Source: a virus (lineage: Duplodnaviria; Caudoviricetes). From it: DNA of 64,000 nt. The stretch spans positions 60,722 to 124,721 of the IMG/VR virus record IMGVR_UViG_3300033121_002356, one strand, 5' to 3'. The notes under the pieces are model-generated. The model saw only the letters and a program-made list of their open reading frames with translations. It was not told the DNA's origin and searched no databases. Both the position numbers and the translations under genes were made by a program. Positions 21,160-33,000 of this stretch are shown one piece after another. Each line of letters starts with the position of its first letter. Position 1 is the stretch's first letter.

Positions 21160-21885
21160 TTAACCTGCGGCTGTATATATCGGGCTATATTCTATATTTA
21201 CCTGTGCTTCACAAACTGTTCCATCTTTCTTTAAGAGAGTAGAATTACCAAATTTTTCTACAAATCCTTGAGTAACTTCCTTAGCCCTTCCTAAACTAAG
21301 TGCCCCCGCAGATACCTCGGCGCTTTTAGTCGTAAGGGTACTGTTATATAATGTAACGCCTGCTTCCGCTTGGCTTATTCCCTCGCCATAAAACTGACCA
21401 GTAGGCATTCCATTAATCATAACAATAGTTGGACTATTAGAAATAGGAGTTGAAATAACTTTTGTATTTCCAGTCATCATATAGAAATCACTACTAGGAT
21501 AAGTAGTAAGAGACCAGCTTTCCTGCCCTACACCCTGAATATCTTTAGAGTAAGAGTAAGAAGTAACGAAAAATGTTCTATTATTTAATGTATACCCAGA
21601 AGCCCCACCAACCGGGCAAAATCCAGGAGTAAACGATACTGATACACTTAGTTGAGAATCAGTACAGTTAGGAGTACTCATATCTGTAAACTCAGTTGTT
21701 CCTGCGCCCCCATAAATAGAAATACTAACCGTTTCGCTACCAGTGCTTTCAACTGCAAATAAGCTATCACTTCCTAATTGGTACAAAGGAGAAAATCCTT
21801 TACCCTCTTGCCATGAAAAAGAGATTATACCATCAGACAATCCATCAAAAGAAACAACACTTGATTGTCCAATAATAAATGGCAT
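21160..21885 (-). CDS. Tail-tube-fold baseplate / distal-tail-like protein
   Basis: 'GIISFSW...PLYQLGS...VSISI' and 'FVTSYSYSKDIQGVGQESWSL' parallel the motifs of the 535-aa tube protein. Confidence 0.5.
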   Translation of the reverse strand: MPFIIGQSSVVSFDGLSDGIISFSWQEGKGFSPLYQLGSDSLFAVESTGSETVSISIYGGAGTTEFTDMSTPNCTDSQLSVSVSFTPGFCPVGGASGYTLNNRTFFVTSYSYSKDIQGVGQESWSLTTYPSSDFYMMTGNTKVISTPISNSPTIVMINGMPTGQFYGEGISQAEAGVTLYNSTLTTKSAEVSAGALSLGRAKEVTQGFVEKFGNSTLLKKDGTVCEAQVNIEYSPIYTAAG

Positions 21886-22220
21886 TAATTTATTCCTCTC
21901 TCGGCTTCTACTTTTTTATCATATTCTTCTAAGATTTGTTTAAAGGCATCAGTACCAAAAACGCAATTAGATACATCGCAAGGAGACTGCTCTTCGACAA
22001 CACAACACTGCCTATAAACAGCATCTAAACAAGTATGATTAGCAACAGTACAAAATACAGGAAGCCTTCCATGTACTTTAATTTTATCACTTTTAATTTC
22101 TTCATCGGTACTTTGTTTGTAAAACATACCTATCTTTTTTTGTGGCTCTACTTTTTTAGATTTTTCAAGAGCCAGTGCTTGCATTTTTTCTCGTCGGGCT
22201 CTACAGGGTTGGCACGCCAT
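21885..22220 (-). CDS. Cys-rich hypothetical protein
   Basis: N-terminal CQPC and six further Cys residues; AAGGA RBS. Confidence 0.65.
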   Translation of the reverse strand: MACQPCRARREKMQALALEKSKKVEPQKKIGMFYKQSTDEEIKSDKIKVHGRLPVFCTVANHTCLDAVYRQCCVVEEQSPCDVSNCVFGTDAFKQILEEYDKKVEAERGIN

Positions 22221-22233
22221 ATCTTAATATCCT

Positions 22234-22506
22234 TTAAAAGCTTATCGCTTGTATAGTTACTTGGTGCTGATAAATTGGGTCCGAACAATCCATTGCAGAT
22301 AGCGGTAAATTAGTTATTATACTAACCTGGTGTGCTACAATAAATCCTTGAAAAGTTCTATTATTTATATCTAAAGTTATTGGGTAAGTACCTGGTAACG
22401 AGGGGCTTGTACTAAAAGCCACAAGAGAAATATTAGCTATCCCGGAAGCCTCAATATTTATTGAAACAGATTCACAATCTATAATTGGGGTAGCTATACA
22501 AGGCAT
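22234..22506 (-). CDS. Small tail-tip region protein
   Basis: Abuts the upstream gene; beta-rich. Confidence 0.55.
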   Translation of the reverse strand: MPCIATPIIDCESVSINIEASGIANISLVAFSTSPSLPGTYPITLDINNRTFQGFIVAHQVSIITNLPLSAMDCSDPIYQHQVTIQAISF

Positions 22507-22848
22507 TTACAAAATCATCTCGCTATCACAATTATCCGGTGAAGCTACATCATCGCTATCACAGAAAATAGAGGAACGTTGCTCTGTACTTGTAAAATCT
22601 AATAAACCGTCTTGAGTTATTATACTTTTCGATTGGTAGCTAATATTAGCAAAAGGACCGTTCTCTGTAACTGGTGGGTCTTTAATGGCCTGCATCGAAT
22701 CAGAGCCCTTTAGTTCCGTTATAGTACAATAATTTCTTGTTATTGTTTTTGACACACCAAAAGACTGCATAAGATATTTTGTATCTTCTGTTAATTGAAG
22801 TCCAGCACTCCTTAATTTACTAACTTCAGTATCAACAAAAGTTGCCAT
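22507..22848 (-). CDS. Small tail-tip region protein
   Basis: Operon packing. Confidence 0.55.
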   Translation of the reverse strand: MATFVDTEVSKLRSAGLQLTEDTKYLMQSFGVSKTITRNYCTITELKGSDSMQAIKDPPVTENGPFANISYQSKSIITQDGLLDFTSTEQRSSIFCDSDDVASPDNCDSEMIL

Positions 22849-22854
22849 AAAATA

Positions 22855-23571
22855 TTAATCCCCACAATTATCTAATGTTAATGGTTTAATATTATCGTCT
22901 TCAAATATATAGGTTATACTAACAGTAGCAGGGGACGGTGGGTCGATAGTTAAATTAAAGGACTGTGGGTACGCTTTATAAAGAGTTCCTTCAATGGTTA
23001 TACCAACTGGAACGTCTATAGTACCATCATGCGTGTTAAAATTATATATTTCATGAATACCTGTAAAATCTACTCTTTTAAAAAAATAAGCATTTAGAAT
23101 ACTAGCCTTACTCTGCAACCCAGAAGAAATGTCAGCACTAACTGCATCTACAGGGCCACCAAGACTATTATACCCCCACAGACTAACCGTACCAGCGTTT
23201 GGTAAAAGATTTATATTACTTCCAACAGAAGCATTGCCGAAATCTTCAGGACATTTTACTGTTACCGCAGCATTAATTTGTGGAATAAATAAAAGAGAGG
23301 AATCGTTACCAGGTATAGTAATGTTACTTCCACTCCACTCCCCACATTTTCTTTTCATCAGCCAATTAATAGATGCTTCTATAGAAAATGGGCCACACGC
23401 AATTCCTAAATAAGGCCCATTCGTACTACTATCAAAACTAAACCCAGTTATTTGAATAGTTCCAACACTTTCAGAAATATTTGTAGCGGGCTGTACACTT
23501 ATACTTCGTACACCAGAAGCCGGGGGTGAAAAAGTTAAAGAATTCGCTAATTTACAACAAACTGTAGCCAT
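22855..23571 (-). CDS. Tail-tip region protein, possibly tube-fold derived
   Basis: C-terminal 'AYPQSFNLTIDPPSPATVSITY' resembles tube-type strands; context. Confidence 0.45.
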   Translation of the reverse strand: MATVCCKLANSLTFSPPASGVRSISVQPATNISESVGTIQITGFSFDSSTNGPYLGIACGPFSIEASINWLMKRKCGEWSGSNITIPGNDSSLLFIPQINAAVTVKCPEDFGNASVGSNINLLPNAGTVSLWGYNSLGGPVDAVSADISSGLQSKASILNAYFFKRVDFTGIHEIYNFNTHDGTIDVPVGITIEGTLYKAYPQSFNLTIDPPSPATVSITYIFEDDNIKPLTLDNCGD

Positions 23572-23626
23572 GATGTTCGTCCATTAAAGTAATAATCTGA
23601 AATTGTTACATTGTTTATATAACATA

Positions 23627-24868
23627 TTAAGTTTCTTCTTCTGAAATAGGAGCGTATGTACCATATGCAGGACCGCCCTCTTTCATTTCTGCATGTTTAT
23701 GCACTGGAAGGCCCATAATAGTTGCAGACCCAGTTGCCCCATTAGAATTACTAGTTAAAATTATTTCATTCCATTGTGTTCCAATTCCTTTGTGTCTATA
23801 CCAAACCCCATCCGTAGCTGGAAAATCACTATCCTTAGTTTCTATAACAGAACCCTGTGGACCGTCTATTATTGTACCATAATTTGAATTTAATACAGAC
23901 CACGTATAAGCAGTACCCTCTCTAGCATCTTCTGCCGGAGGAGCGCATACAGTAGCATCGGAACATCTAAAATTTAACTCTTCATCCGGGGACAGCATTA
24001 TAAATGCTGGAACGATTCTTATCGAACCAGAGCCAGAGCCGGTAGAAGAAACACTACCAGAACCACCAGAAGTTTGCTTAAAAGCTCCTCTATCGAAAAA
24101 TGAATGCTTTGCTTTCGTATTCATATTTGAGGACCCTGCTGGAATTCCAAAAGTATCAGATAAAAAGCTAAAAAACCCACTTCCACTTACTACAGACTTA
24201 GACATATCTAATTTTTTTATACTAGACTCCTTAACAAACATCTTCTTAGATTTTTTTGAAACTTTTCTAGAAGTAGGTGCCTTAATACTAGAAGAAGAAA
24301 ATCCAGACGAATGTATACCTCCTGAACTATCCCACCTTCCGCCTGCTCTAATTACACTATTCGCAGCTTGTTGGTATCTTCCTAGTAATGATTTTTGTTC
24401 AACTCCTGTTATAACTGCAAAAACTCCCATACCATTTTCTACTACAGTTCTTCTAGTATAAGTTCTTTCTTGAATAATATGTAAAATATCCACTGCCTGA
24501 ACTTCAACTACATAAGTAGAAGCCAGCATAAAATCTCTACGAATTGTAACATTTTTTACAATACCTTTAAATAGGGGTACCCAACCAGTCTCCCCTTTTA
24601 ACATACCATAAATCGCAAAAGATGATTTATTATTAAATTTCTCATTAAATGGAACAGATGGTGTATTTTGTGGTTGTACCGCTCCAAGCTCCGACGCACG
24701 CATACGTATCGTAGCGGATGCAGTTGATACTACATTTCCTCGTTGCTTGCTAATATTAAAAGCCTTCACCTGTGGAGTTTCAAAAGAATTGCCAACCCCA
24801 GCAGCATCATTGAAAGTTATTTTAAATCTTAAATCTTCAAAAATATTAGCTACTAATTTAAAGGACAT
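23627..24868 (-). CDS. Baseplate hub (gp27/Tal-like) protein with C-terminal HxH motif
   Basis: 'VKAFNISKQRG..STASATI...LFKGIVKNVTIRR...VEVQAVD' is a hub-like pattern. 'VHKH' lies near the C-terminus. AGGAG RBS. Confidence 0.5.
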   Translation of the reverse strand: MSFKLVANIFEDLRFKITFNDAAGVGNSFETPQVKAFNISKQRGNVVSTASATIRMRASELGAVQPQNTPSVPFNEKFNNKSSFAIYGMLKGETGWVPLFKGIVKNVTIRRDFMLASTYVVEVQAVDILHIIQERTYTRRTVVENGMGVFAVITGVEQKSLLGRYQQAANSVIRAGGRWDSSGGIHSSGFSSSSIKAPTSRKVSKKSKKMFVKESSIKKLDMSKSVVSGSGFFSFLSDTFGIPAGSSNMNTKAKHSFFDRGAFKQTSGGSGSVSSTGSGSGSIRIVPAFIMLSPDEELNFRCSDATVCAPPAEDAREGTAYTWSVLNSNYGTIIDGPQGSVIETKDSDFPATDGVWYRHKGIGTQWNEIILTSNSNGATGSATIMGLPVHKHAEMKEGGPAYGTYAPISEEET

Positions 24869-24879
24869 TTACTATCTCC

Positions 24880-27000
24880 TTAGACTTCAACAGGATTGTT
24901 ATAAATCTGGACCGTTACTCTATCCCCTGCCTCTAATTCATCTCTAACTGAGGAGATACAGCCGTAAGAGCCCATACCATCCACTTTGACTGTATACAAA
25001 GCCCCACCACCGGCTACAGAGGTAACTGTACCGCTTCTAGATACTTGCTCTGTTCTTCTCTCATATATTTCAGTACCCCACGACCCCACCCCAACTATTT
25101 TCTTACCAGTTGTAATTGTAACCTGGAAAGACGACTCATCTTGCATAGAATAATTTATACTATTTATAATTTCATTACTATTATCGTATTTAGCTCCTAA
25201 GTATGGCTGTTCTCCCTTAAGTATCTGCCCACTGAATATATACTGAGACTGTGTTTCTATTTCTTCTTCATTATATAATTTAAAAATAAAGTCTCTAACT
25301 GCTATAATGTCTTCATCAGACGCAGTAGGATTTATATCACCCGGAGTACACTGCCCCCCTGTTGTTTCCGATAAGTCACTACCAACTACCTTTCCCCCGC
25401 TTATAAATGGCAAAGATACATCTATTACTCTAGAGGCCCCAGAATTTTGTAATTGCATACTAGGAGTATGTTGTAAATCCTGTTTGATAGTTGGGTCAGA
25501 ATCTACTAAGTCCTTTTCATGATTTATATAGCTACTTCTTGCAAGTCCTGCTGGGAGGGGGAAATCATTTCTAAATCTATAATATACAGGAGCAGGAGCA
25601 TCCTGTATAACTACAGGAGTCATCATAATAAACTCACCATTTCTTAATACGTTCGCTATTTCAACCGCTCTACCTAGGGGGGAATAAACATTAACTGATG
25701 GTAAATTTACAGATATGTTTAACCAAGCTGTATTTGCTATATACCCTAGCCCTCCTCCTGAAGGAAGGTAAGGAAACCCAGGAATACTAATATCAGAAGG
25801 CCATACAGGGTCACCACCGGGTCTTGCAAGATTTTTATATAAATCAATATATATAGTTTCGTTAGCGGGAGGCCCCACTCTCCAACTATATTCAGACCCC
25901 TCACTAAGTTCAAATATACTAAGTTCTTCATCAGCAAATTCAAAAAAATTACCAGAAATGCTTTGATAAATTCTAGATACACGCTGTCCTATGAGGAAAA
26001 AATTCGACACATTCTCAAAAACATAAACATGTTCCCCGTATACATTTTTTCGTAAAAGTAAAGATTGTAAAGAAACAGATGTCGTGCCTCCTGGCCTAGT
26101 CGGTATAGTTTTACTATTTATATTTAGTGCTAAAGTCTGAAAAGCATTATTGTCGCCGCCACCCGCATTTGCTGATGCAAGGTCAGAACCAGTTATAGGT
26201 ATAGAAATAACAGAATTATTTGATAATTCAATTTTAGCGTCCGGGTCATAACCATTCTTTAACTTTTCTTTTACATCTGTTTTCCACGCCAATAATGATT
26301 CAAAGCACTGCGGATGATAGGCATTTAATAAATTATTCTTATATGTGTCATCCCATGATGGTTCTTGATAAACAATAGAAGCGTATCTATTAATTATTTT
26401 CTTATACCTATCGAAAATATTACTACTTTCTGCTGGATACCCATCGGAGCCAGGAAATCCTTGATTACCCCCGGAACCCGAATGAACGGCTTGGGTAACA
26501 ATACCATTCCCAACCTCCAATAAATTCACTGCTTTACCGGTTCTAATTATTCTTTTAGGGGGACGGTCATAGCCTCTTATAACAACTAATTCAATAGTTT
26601 GGTCCGCTATTTTTGTGCTGCTTTTAGCAATTAACCCAACATCGCCTTGGGGAGAAGTCCAAGAGGACTCCCCTATCCTAACGAATCTGGGTATTCCGTC
26701 TGTATCGGCGTATAACTCTACTAAAACTTGGTCAATCATGCTCTCCGCTAAAGAGAGCCTAATAGCTTCTTGAGCAGACATATTTCTTATATCATAACCG
26801 TTAACCACCCCTCTAGTAAGAATTCCCTCCTCCTTATAAGGTATACCAAACTTATCAAGTACATCCCTTGCCACTATCTTAGTATCAGTTAAATCAGAAG
26901 GGTCTCTAACACCAGCAGGTAAAAATACAGCCGAGTTAGTACCAGTATGACTATCCTCATAATCTAAAACAGTTGAATTTCCTGGGTATATTATTCTCAT
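24880..27000 (-). CDS. Baseplate hub / tail tip protein with C-terminal OB-fold-like segment
   Basis: First gene after the TMP. Contains 'ELYADTDGIPRF', 'IINSINYS...FQVTITTG' and C-terminal 'GTVTSV...YTVKVDG...LEAGDRVTV'. Confidence 0.55.
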   Translation of the reverse strand: MRIIYPGNSTVLDYEDSHTGTNSAVFLPAGVRDPSDLTDTKIVARDVLDKFGIPYKEEGILTRGVVNGYDIRNMSAQEAIRLSLAESMIDQVLVELYADTDGIPRFVRIGESSWTSPQGDVGLIAKSSTKIADQTIELVVIRGYDRPPKRIIRTGKAVNLLEVGNGIVTQAVHSGSGGNQGFPGSDGYPAESSNIFDRYKKIINRYASIVYQEPSWDDTYKNNLLNAYHPQCFESLLAWKTDVKEKLKNGYDPDAKIELSNNSVISIPITGSDLASANAGGGDNNAFQTLALNINSKTIPTRPGGTTSVSLQSLLLRKNVYGEHVYVFENVSNFFLIGQRVSRIYQSISGNFFEFADEELSIFELSEGSEYSWRVGPPANETIYIDLYKNLARPGGDPVWPSDISIPGFPYLPSGGGLGYIANTAWLNISVNLPSVNVYSPLGRAVEIANVLRNGEFIMMTPVVIQDAPAPVYYRFRNDFPLPAGLARSSYINHEKDLVDSDPTIKQDLQHTPSMQLQNSGASRVIDVSLPFISGGKVVGSDLSETTGGQCTPGDINPTASDEDIIAVRDFIFKLYNEEEIETQSQYIFSGQILKGEQPYLGAKYDNSNEIINSINYSMQDESSFQVTITTGKKIVGVGSWGTEIYERRTEQVSRSGTVTSVAGGGALYTVKVDGMGSYGCISSVRDELEAGDRVTVQIYNNPVEV

Positions 27001-27015
27001 ATACTATGCCTTTAA

Positions 27016-30000
27016 TTACGGAGGTGGAGAAGGCTTATAATTATTCGCGCGGGCTGCGGCAAGCGCAGCTTCTGCCTTTCTATCTGCGGACGCGGCGGTG
27101 GCGTTCGCGGCATTAGCAACCCCCGTAACCGCCCTAACTCTATCCGCGACGGCAGATATTTTATTAGTAGCATCATTAGCAATTTGAACGGCCGATGCAA
27201 CCTGTTCTTTTATATTTGGCATCTCAAGTTTTTGTATCACACTCTCAGTGATAGAGGAAATAAGTATTTCGTCAGCACCAGCTGCGCTTGCAGTATTACT
27301 TTTTTTGCTCTCATCACCAGATATTTGTAAGGACCCCGCCTTAATAGCAGGAGTAGTTATTTCAGTTTGAACTATAATTTTAGAAACAGTTAGCTCTGGT
27401 GCTTGCGCCTTCTTTCCATCAGCAGTTGTAGCTCCTTCAGCTTCCTTATCAGTTGAAGTTTTACCATCTAGGCCGGCTGCCTTAACACCAAGTAAATCAG
27501 CCAACGGCTTAGCAGCCTCACTATCTAACCCGTGCTGGGTAAACTTAGCAAAATTTTCCGCTGAAATTTCTTTACCACCGAGAAATGCTTTCTGTCCTCC
27601 GCCAGAGTATTTAAAAGTACCACCAAGTTGTTCAAATGTTTTATCCAAACCAAACGCTTTAACAGTGTCTATATTCTTTGTATAATCATCCTTTGCTTTA
27701 CCAGTCGTACCTGCTGCAAAGGCGGCTATAACCCCATTATTTGCCAAATTAGTACCAGTTACTGTGTCACCAAATGCTGAGGTAGGGGAAATACCAGATG
27801 GACCCACACTACGCACCAAAGCCTGCACACTAGGCTGTAATGCGGTACTGTTGGCCACAGAAGTGGCTAAAGCGCCTTTCATACCAAATGGGTCAATTGG
27901 AGTAGGAAGCTTTGTGCCATCTGATTGCAATAGACCAAATGTAGCCTGTCCTACTTTAGCTTTCTGAAAATCATTATTTCCATATATCTCTCCAAGGTTA
28001 AATCTATCTTCTACCATAATGTCGGAAGGAGTTCTGGTTACAAGTTGACCACTTCCCGACAACCCCAAACCAGCAAAAGGAGAATCTCCGCCTTCAGAGA
28101 GTTTACCCAAAGCGGCTAATTGACGATTACGTGTTTCTACGTCTACATTTCCTGTAAAATATGCATTCTCTGTTTCTTTAGATAGCTTCTTACTGGGTAT
28201 ATTTACCGTATACGCCATTTTATCAATTTCTGGGTCTCTACGAGCAACCGCACCGTATCGCTGCAAGCCATACGATGTACCATTAGCTTCATTCATAATA
28301 CTTAGCGTATTATTAGCGCCCGTCGTGTTACTGAGCCCTATTGCTGGGCGGCGAGCTCTATCATTAGCTAACATTATATCTTCAAAATAACTACCAGTCT
28401 GTCTATTTCCAGAAAGTAAGCTAGCGTTAGCTGCACCAAATAAGTTAGCTCCTTGTGCGTCCTCCCTCACTGTATTTATAATAGAAGGAAAGGACATATC
28501 AGGACTTAACTTTTTAAGGGTTTCATCGCTTACATTTTTATTTCTTAACTCAAGAATAAGATTGTCAAAGAAATTATTTAATTTATTTCCTATCTGGTCT
28601 GGATTAAATCCTTCTGAGCTATATAACCCCTTTAGTGCTTCAAGTCCGCCACCGGTACCTTTTCTTGGGCCTCCTACTATAGAAGTACCATCCTTTATGG
28701 TGGACTTATCTGGTGAAGGAACCAAAGACATTGTAGACGTATCAAGAGATACCGCATCTGCCGCACTTTTTACTGCTTTATCAGCTTTTTCTTTTAGTCT
28801 TTCTTCTGGTTCAGGCTCTACATATCCTTCTCTTCGCTTTGTGTTAAGCTGTGTTTTAACTGCTTCTATAGTCTTAAGAAGATTTTTCATTGCTTCTTCA
28901 TTTTCTACAGTAACTTCACCTGTTCTTACAGACTCCAATATAGGGCGAGCCATAGACGAAGTTGAAGTATCAAATTCGTGGGGCTGAAGTATGTTTCCCT
29001 TATATTCCCTTACTGTAGCACCGGGCGTAAGTCTTTGTAAATCTTTCAAAGTAGTAGCAATAGTATAAAGTTGTGATTTAAACCCATAAAACTTTCTATC
29101 TGATATATCCTGCAAAGTAACACCAGAAGACTCTGCTGCTTTTTCTAATTCTTTAAAAGCTTCTTGAACCTTTTTAAAGGTATCAAGTCCACTACCAGAA
29201 ACGGGAGAAGGAATTAAAGGCATTATGTCACTACTATACCCGCTACTATACGGACTTGGCTTCGGTTCTGGAAAGTTTGGTGTACTAGGAAAATTAGTTA
29301 ACGAGGCATTAAGTTTATTTTTATCATATTTATCTGTACCATAATTGCGCAATGTTTCACTATGTCCAGCAAAGGATTTCGCAAATTTTTCTCTAGCTGC
29401 AAAATTACTACTCAATGATGTCTCGTTATCTGGGTTATCTACACTTTTTAGAAAATTAGAAGTGTAACTATTAGCATAACTACTCATAGCACTGTCTCTG
29501 GCCTCTTTGAGCTCAACATCAGTAAAAGGACCAGATGATTCTCTATTTCTCCTAATTCTATCCAATTCTTTTGTAAACCTATCTCGTATATCTTTAAACC
29601 CTCTTTGAACCTGTTTGTCATCAATAGCGGTTTCTTTTTTATTGTCAGAAAAAGCCTCGTTAAACTTCTCCCATTTTACAAATATAGGTGATGGAGATAT
29701 ACTGTCTTTATATTTAGGCGGAGGGCCTAATATTTTATCCGACTCCAATAATTTATTAAATAGGTCTCTTGGAATACCTTTGCCTGACATAACATCAGGA
29801 GCCAAAGACACTATATCTTCGGATGCTTTCTTTTTCTTAAGAGCCTCTTCTAATCTTTTTTCTATATCCGGTCCAGTCTGGCCAGCATCTATAGATTCCT
29901 GTATAGTTTTTACTTCCTCATTCAACGCATTTCTTCTTCTATTTGCACCCCTAAAATAATAAGAGAGCGGACTAGTAAAATATTCAACAGAATCTCTTAA

Positions 30001-33000
30001 AGGGTTATCCTTATCTTTACTAGAAAACCGTTGATTAGTTATTTCACCCGCTGCTCCGAGTGCTAACCCACCGGCACCACCCCATGCTGCTCCTGTAGCA
30101 GCACCAGCAACTATACCGGGGGGCCCACCAGGTATACCGGCTAGTCCTCCAAGAAATCCTCCAATAAACATACCGGAAGAAGAAGGACGAAGAACGTTTG
30201 ACGCAGTATTCGTTATATAACTAAGAGTTGGAACATCATCAGTACGTCTGCGCGGCCCCATGAAAGCATCATATGTTGCCATGGTTCTAGTACTTCCCGC
30301 CTGTCTACTGCCTCTATAGTCAGTATATACATCACTAGCTCCTACAGCAATCCCCATAGGAACTACAGCCTTACTAAGAGCACCGCCTGGTATATTCTTT
30401 GCAAGACCCCCTACTGAATCCGCCCCCGCACTCATATAACGGCCCATTCTTCTAAAAAATCCTAATTTAGGGGCCGCTTCTTCTAGCGGAGCAGCGGCTT
30501 CTCTCGCTATAGCAGCACCCGTTCTTCCTTCCCTTGCCGCTGCGGTATATACATTTTCAGGCCAATTTAAGTTAGGGTCAGGTTTAGGGAAGAATGCATC
30601 ACGAACTTCCTCTAAATACCCATTCAACTTCGGTATACTCTCTCTTACTTTAGGGCCAACTGGATTAGTAGGGGTAGTAATTCCAGCTTCTGTGGGTACA
30701 AATTCCGGAAATTTGCTATAATCCCTGCCTTTTCGACTTACATAATAAGCCCTCTTCATTGCGTAGGCAGCTTCTGGAGTTATAACGTTTTTAACTTTAG
30801 CAGCAGCACGAGCAGCCTCGGCAGCGGCTCGGCGAGCACTGATTGTATTAAAATCTCCCATTAAGGGAACTGTTCTAGCAAGGTCATTTGTTAATCCTGC
30901 TGTTGTTACGTCTACCCCAGAACTAAAACTTGGCATAGTAAAAGCTTTAGAAGCTAAAGGATTGCTGCTGTTTACAGTAGAAGGAGGAAGCACGGGCCCC
31001 TTAATATCATATATACCATCTATAAGAGCCGATTCTGGACTAAGCATATCAGGAATATTAAAAGCGCTAGATGATGGGCTTGTACTAGAAGGCAAACTAC
31101 CAGCTATCCCAATGCCAGCTGCCTTAACCCCTTCTGAGGCTATCTGGTAACCGGAGGTATTATAGTATCTTCCACCCGCCCCAGTATACATAGGCCCACC
31201 ATTAGAGGCGAATATAGTTCCCACAGCTCCCGGCACGCCCGACGAAGCACCACCAGCAACACCCCCAGTAGTACCTCCTGAAGGTATTACCCCTCCTGCC
31301 ATGCTATTATTAGCATTTTTAACTATTTGTTGCAAAATATCAACCATTCTATCTGTATTCGCAATAGCTACACTATCTGAACGCTGAAACAATGCATCTT
31401 CAGCTAAGATAAAGTTACTAAACAAATCCTTAAATGTGCCGCCTAGTTTTCCTGCGATAGCTTCGGCGTTAGTATTAGCTTTAGTTTTCTCTAACTCTAG
31501 TGTTAGACTCCTTATACCCCTGTCTATGGCTGACCCTTCTAGGTCTATCCCCGCAAACTCTGGTACATGGTTTTTCTCTCCAACTATTCTACCAGACCCC
31601 GCAAGCTCCGCATTAATATCATTAAGTAATGCTTTAGACCCAGGTACATTTAGCCTTACACCTTCAATAGCTACTTTTCTAGCTTCCTCGCCCACCGATT
31701 GTTGTCTTGCAAGCTCTTCTTGATTTTCCTTTAATCTTCTAGCCTCATCCGCAGCTTCTTTTGCTAAGGACGCATTTCTATCATCTATGATTGAAGGATG
31801 CTTCTTTTGTGTTCTTTCTACCTCTTGCTGAGAAGCAGTCAACCCAGCAGAACCAAAATATTTCTGTCCATTAGTACCATCTAACAGCTGACGGGGCTGA
31901 AGTCCCTGCGCGGTATCATAAGAAGCTTTGCTATATAAATTATCCTTATCAATCTTAAAGGTATCTAATTGTTTTCTTAATGATTCCAAAGATGAAATCA
32001 TCTTTTGTATATCTAAGCCTTTAGATAGTGAATCCGCAAGAATTTTTAACTGGTCAGTCATATCCTCACGAGCAGATTGTATATCTCTAATAGTATTAGA
32101 TAGTACATTTCTCTCGGCTTGTGAACGACCTTCTTTTGAGAATTGAACCAATTTATCCTTTAACCCTGTTAGCATGGTTCCTGATTCTTGAAGGGCCGAA
32201 TTTAATATGTTAACTGAAAATACATCTTCCTGTCTAGAAGAAAAAAGTCTCTCCTCTGGAGATAAATCTTCCTTTCTTCTTCTCAAATCTATGCTTGGAT
32301 TTACATTTTTAAACCCTGCTAATTCACCAACTCCAATTGAAGGGGTTGCCACGACTGTAGATAACTGATTAAATGTAGAGAGTATAGAATTAAACCCACC
32401 CTCTACAGCCCCCAACACAGCATCAATAGTGGCCTTTAAACCATCCAATATAGTTGTTAACCGGTCTCCCGAAGAAGCCAATTCACTTGCTTGTGCCTTA
32501 GTAGATGATATTATATTGTCAAGTATAGCCAAAGTAAGTTTTTCAAATTCCCCTAAATTAGCTCTAAACTTAATAGGGTCTGTAGTTTTATCACCACCTG
32601 GCGTTAATGCAGCTAAATCAGCCAATTTAGACTCTAAAGCATCCTTCATATTACGTCCTTGAGTAATCTCTAAAGGCGCTTCCTGTATTGTTCTGTCCCC
32701 AACCTCTCGTGTACGCTCTATGATTGCATCCCTAATAGCTAACTTAGTTTTTTCAGGGATACCACCAGATGTAAATACATTTGAAATTATAGAAGTTAGT
32801 GTGCTAAAATCTCCTTCTTTTGCTGCTTTATCAACAGCCTGAAATGTTTGTGGTAACTTGCTTTGTAAAGACTTAACTCTAGCATCTTTATCTTTTTCAG
32901 TAAATCCTTCTACAGTATTCTTAGCTATTATTTCTAATATTTCATTAGTACGAGCGGATTCAGTAAATATATCCTTATTAACTTCAATGCTCTTTAACGC

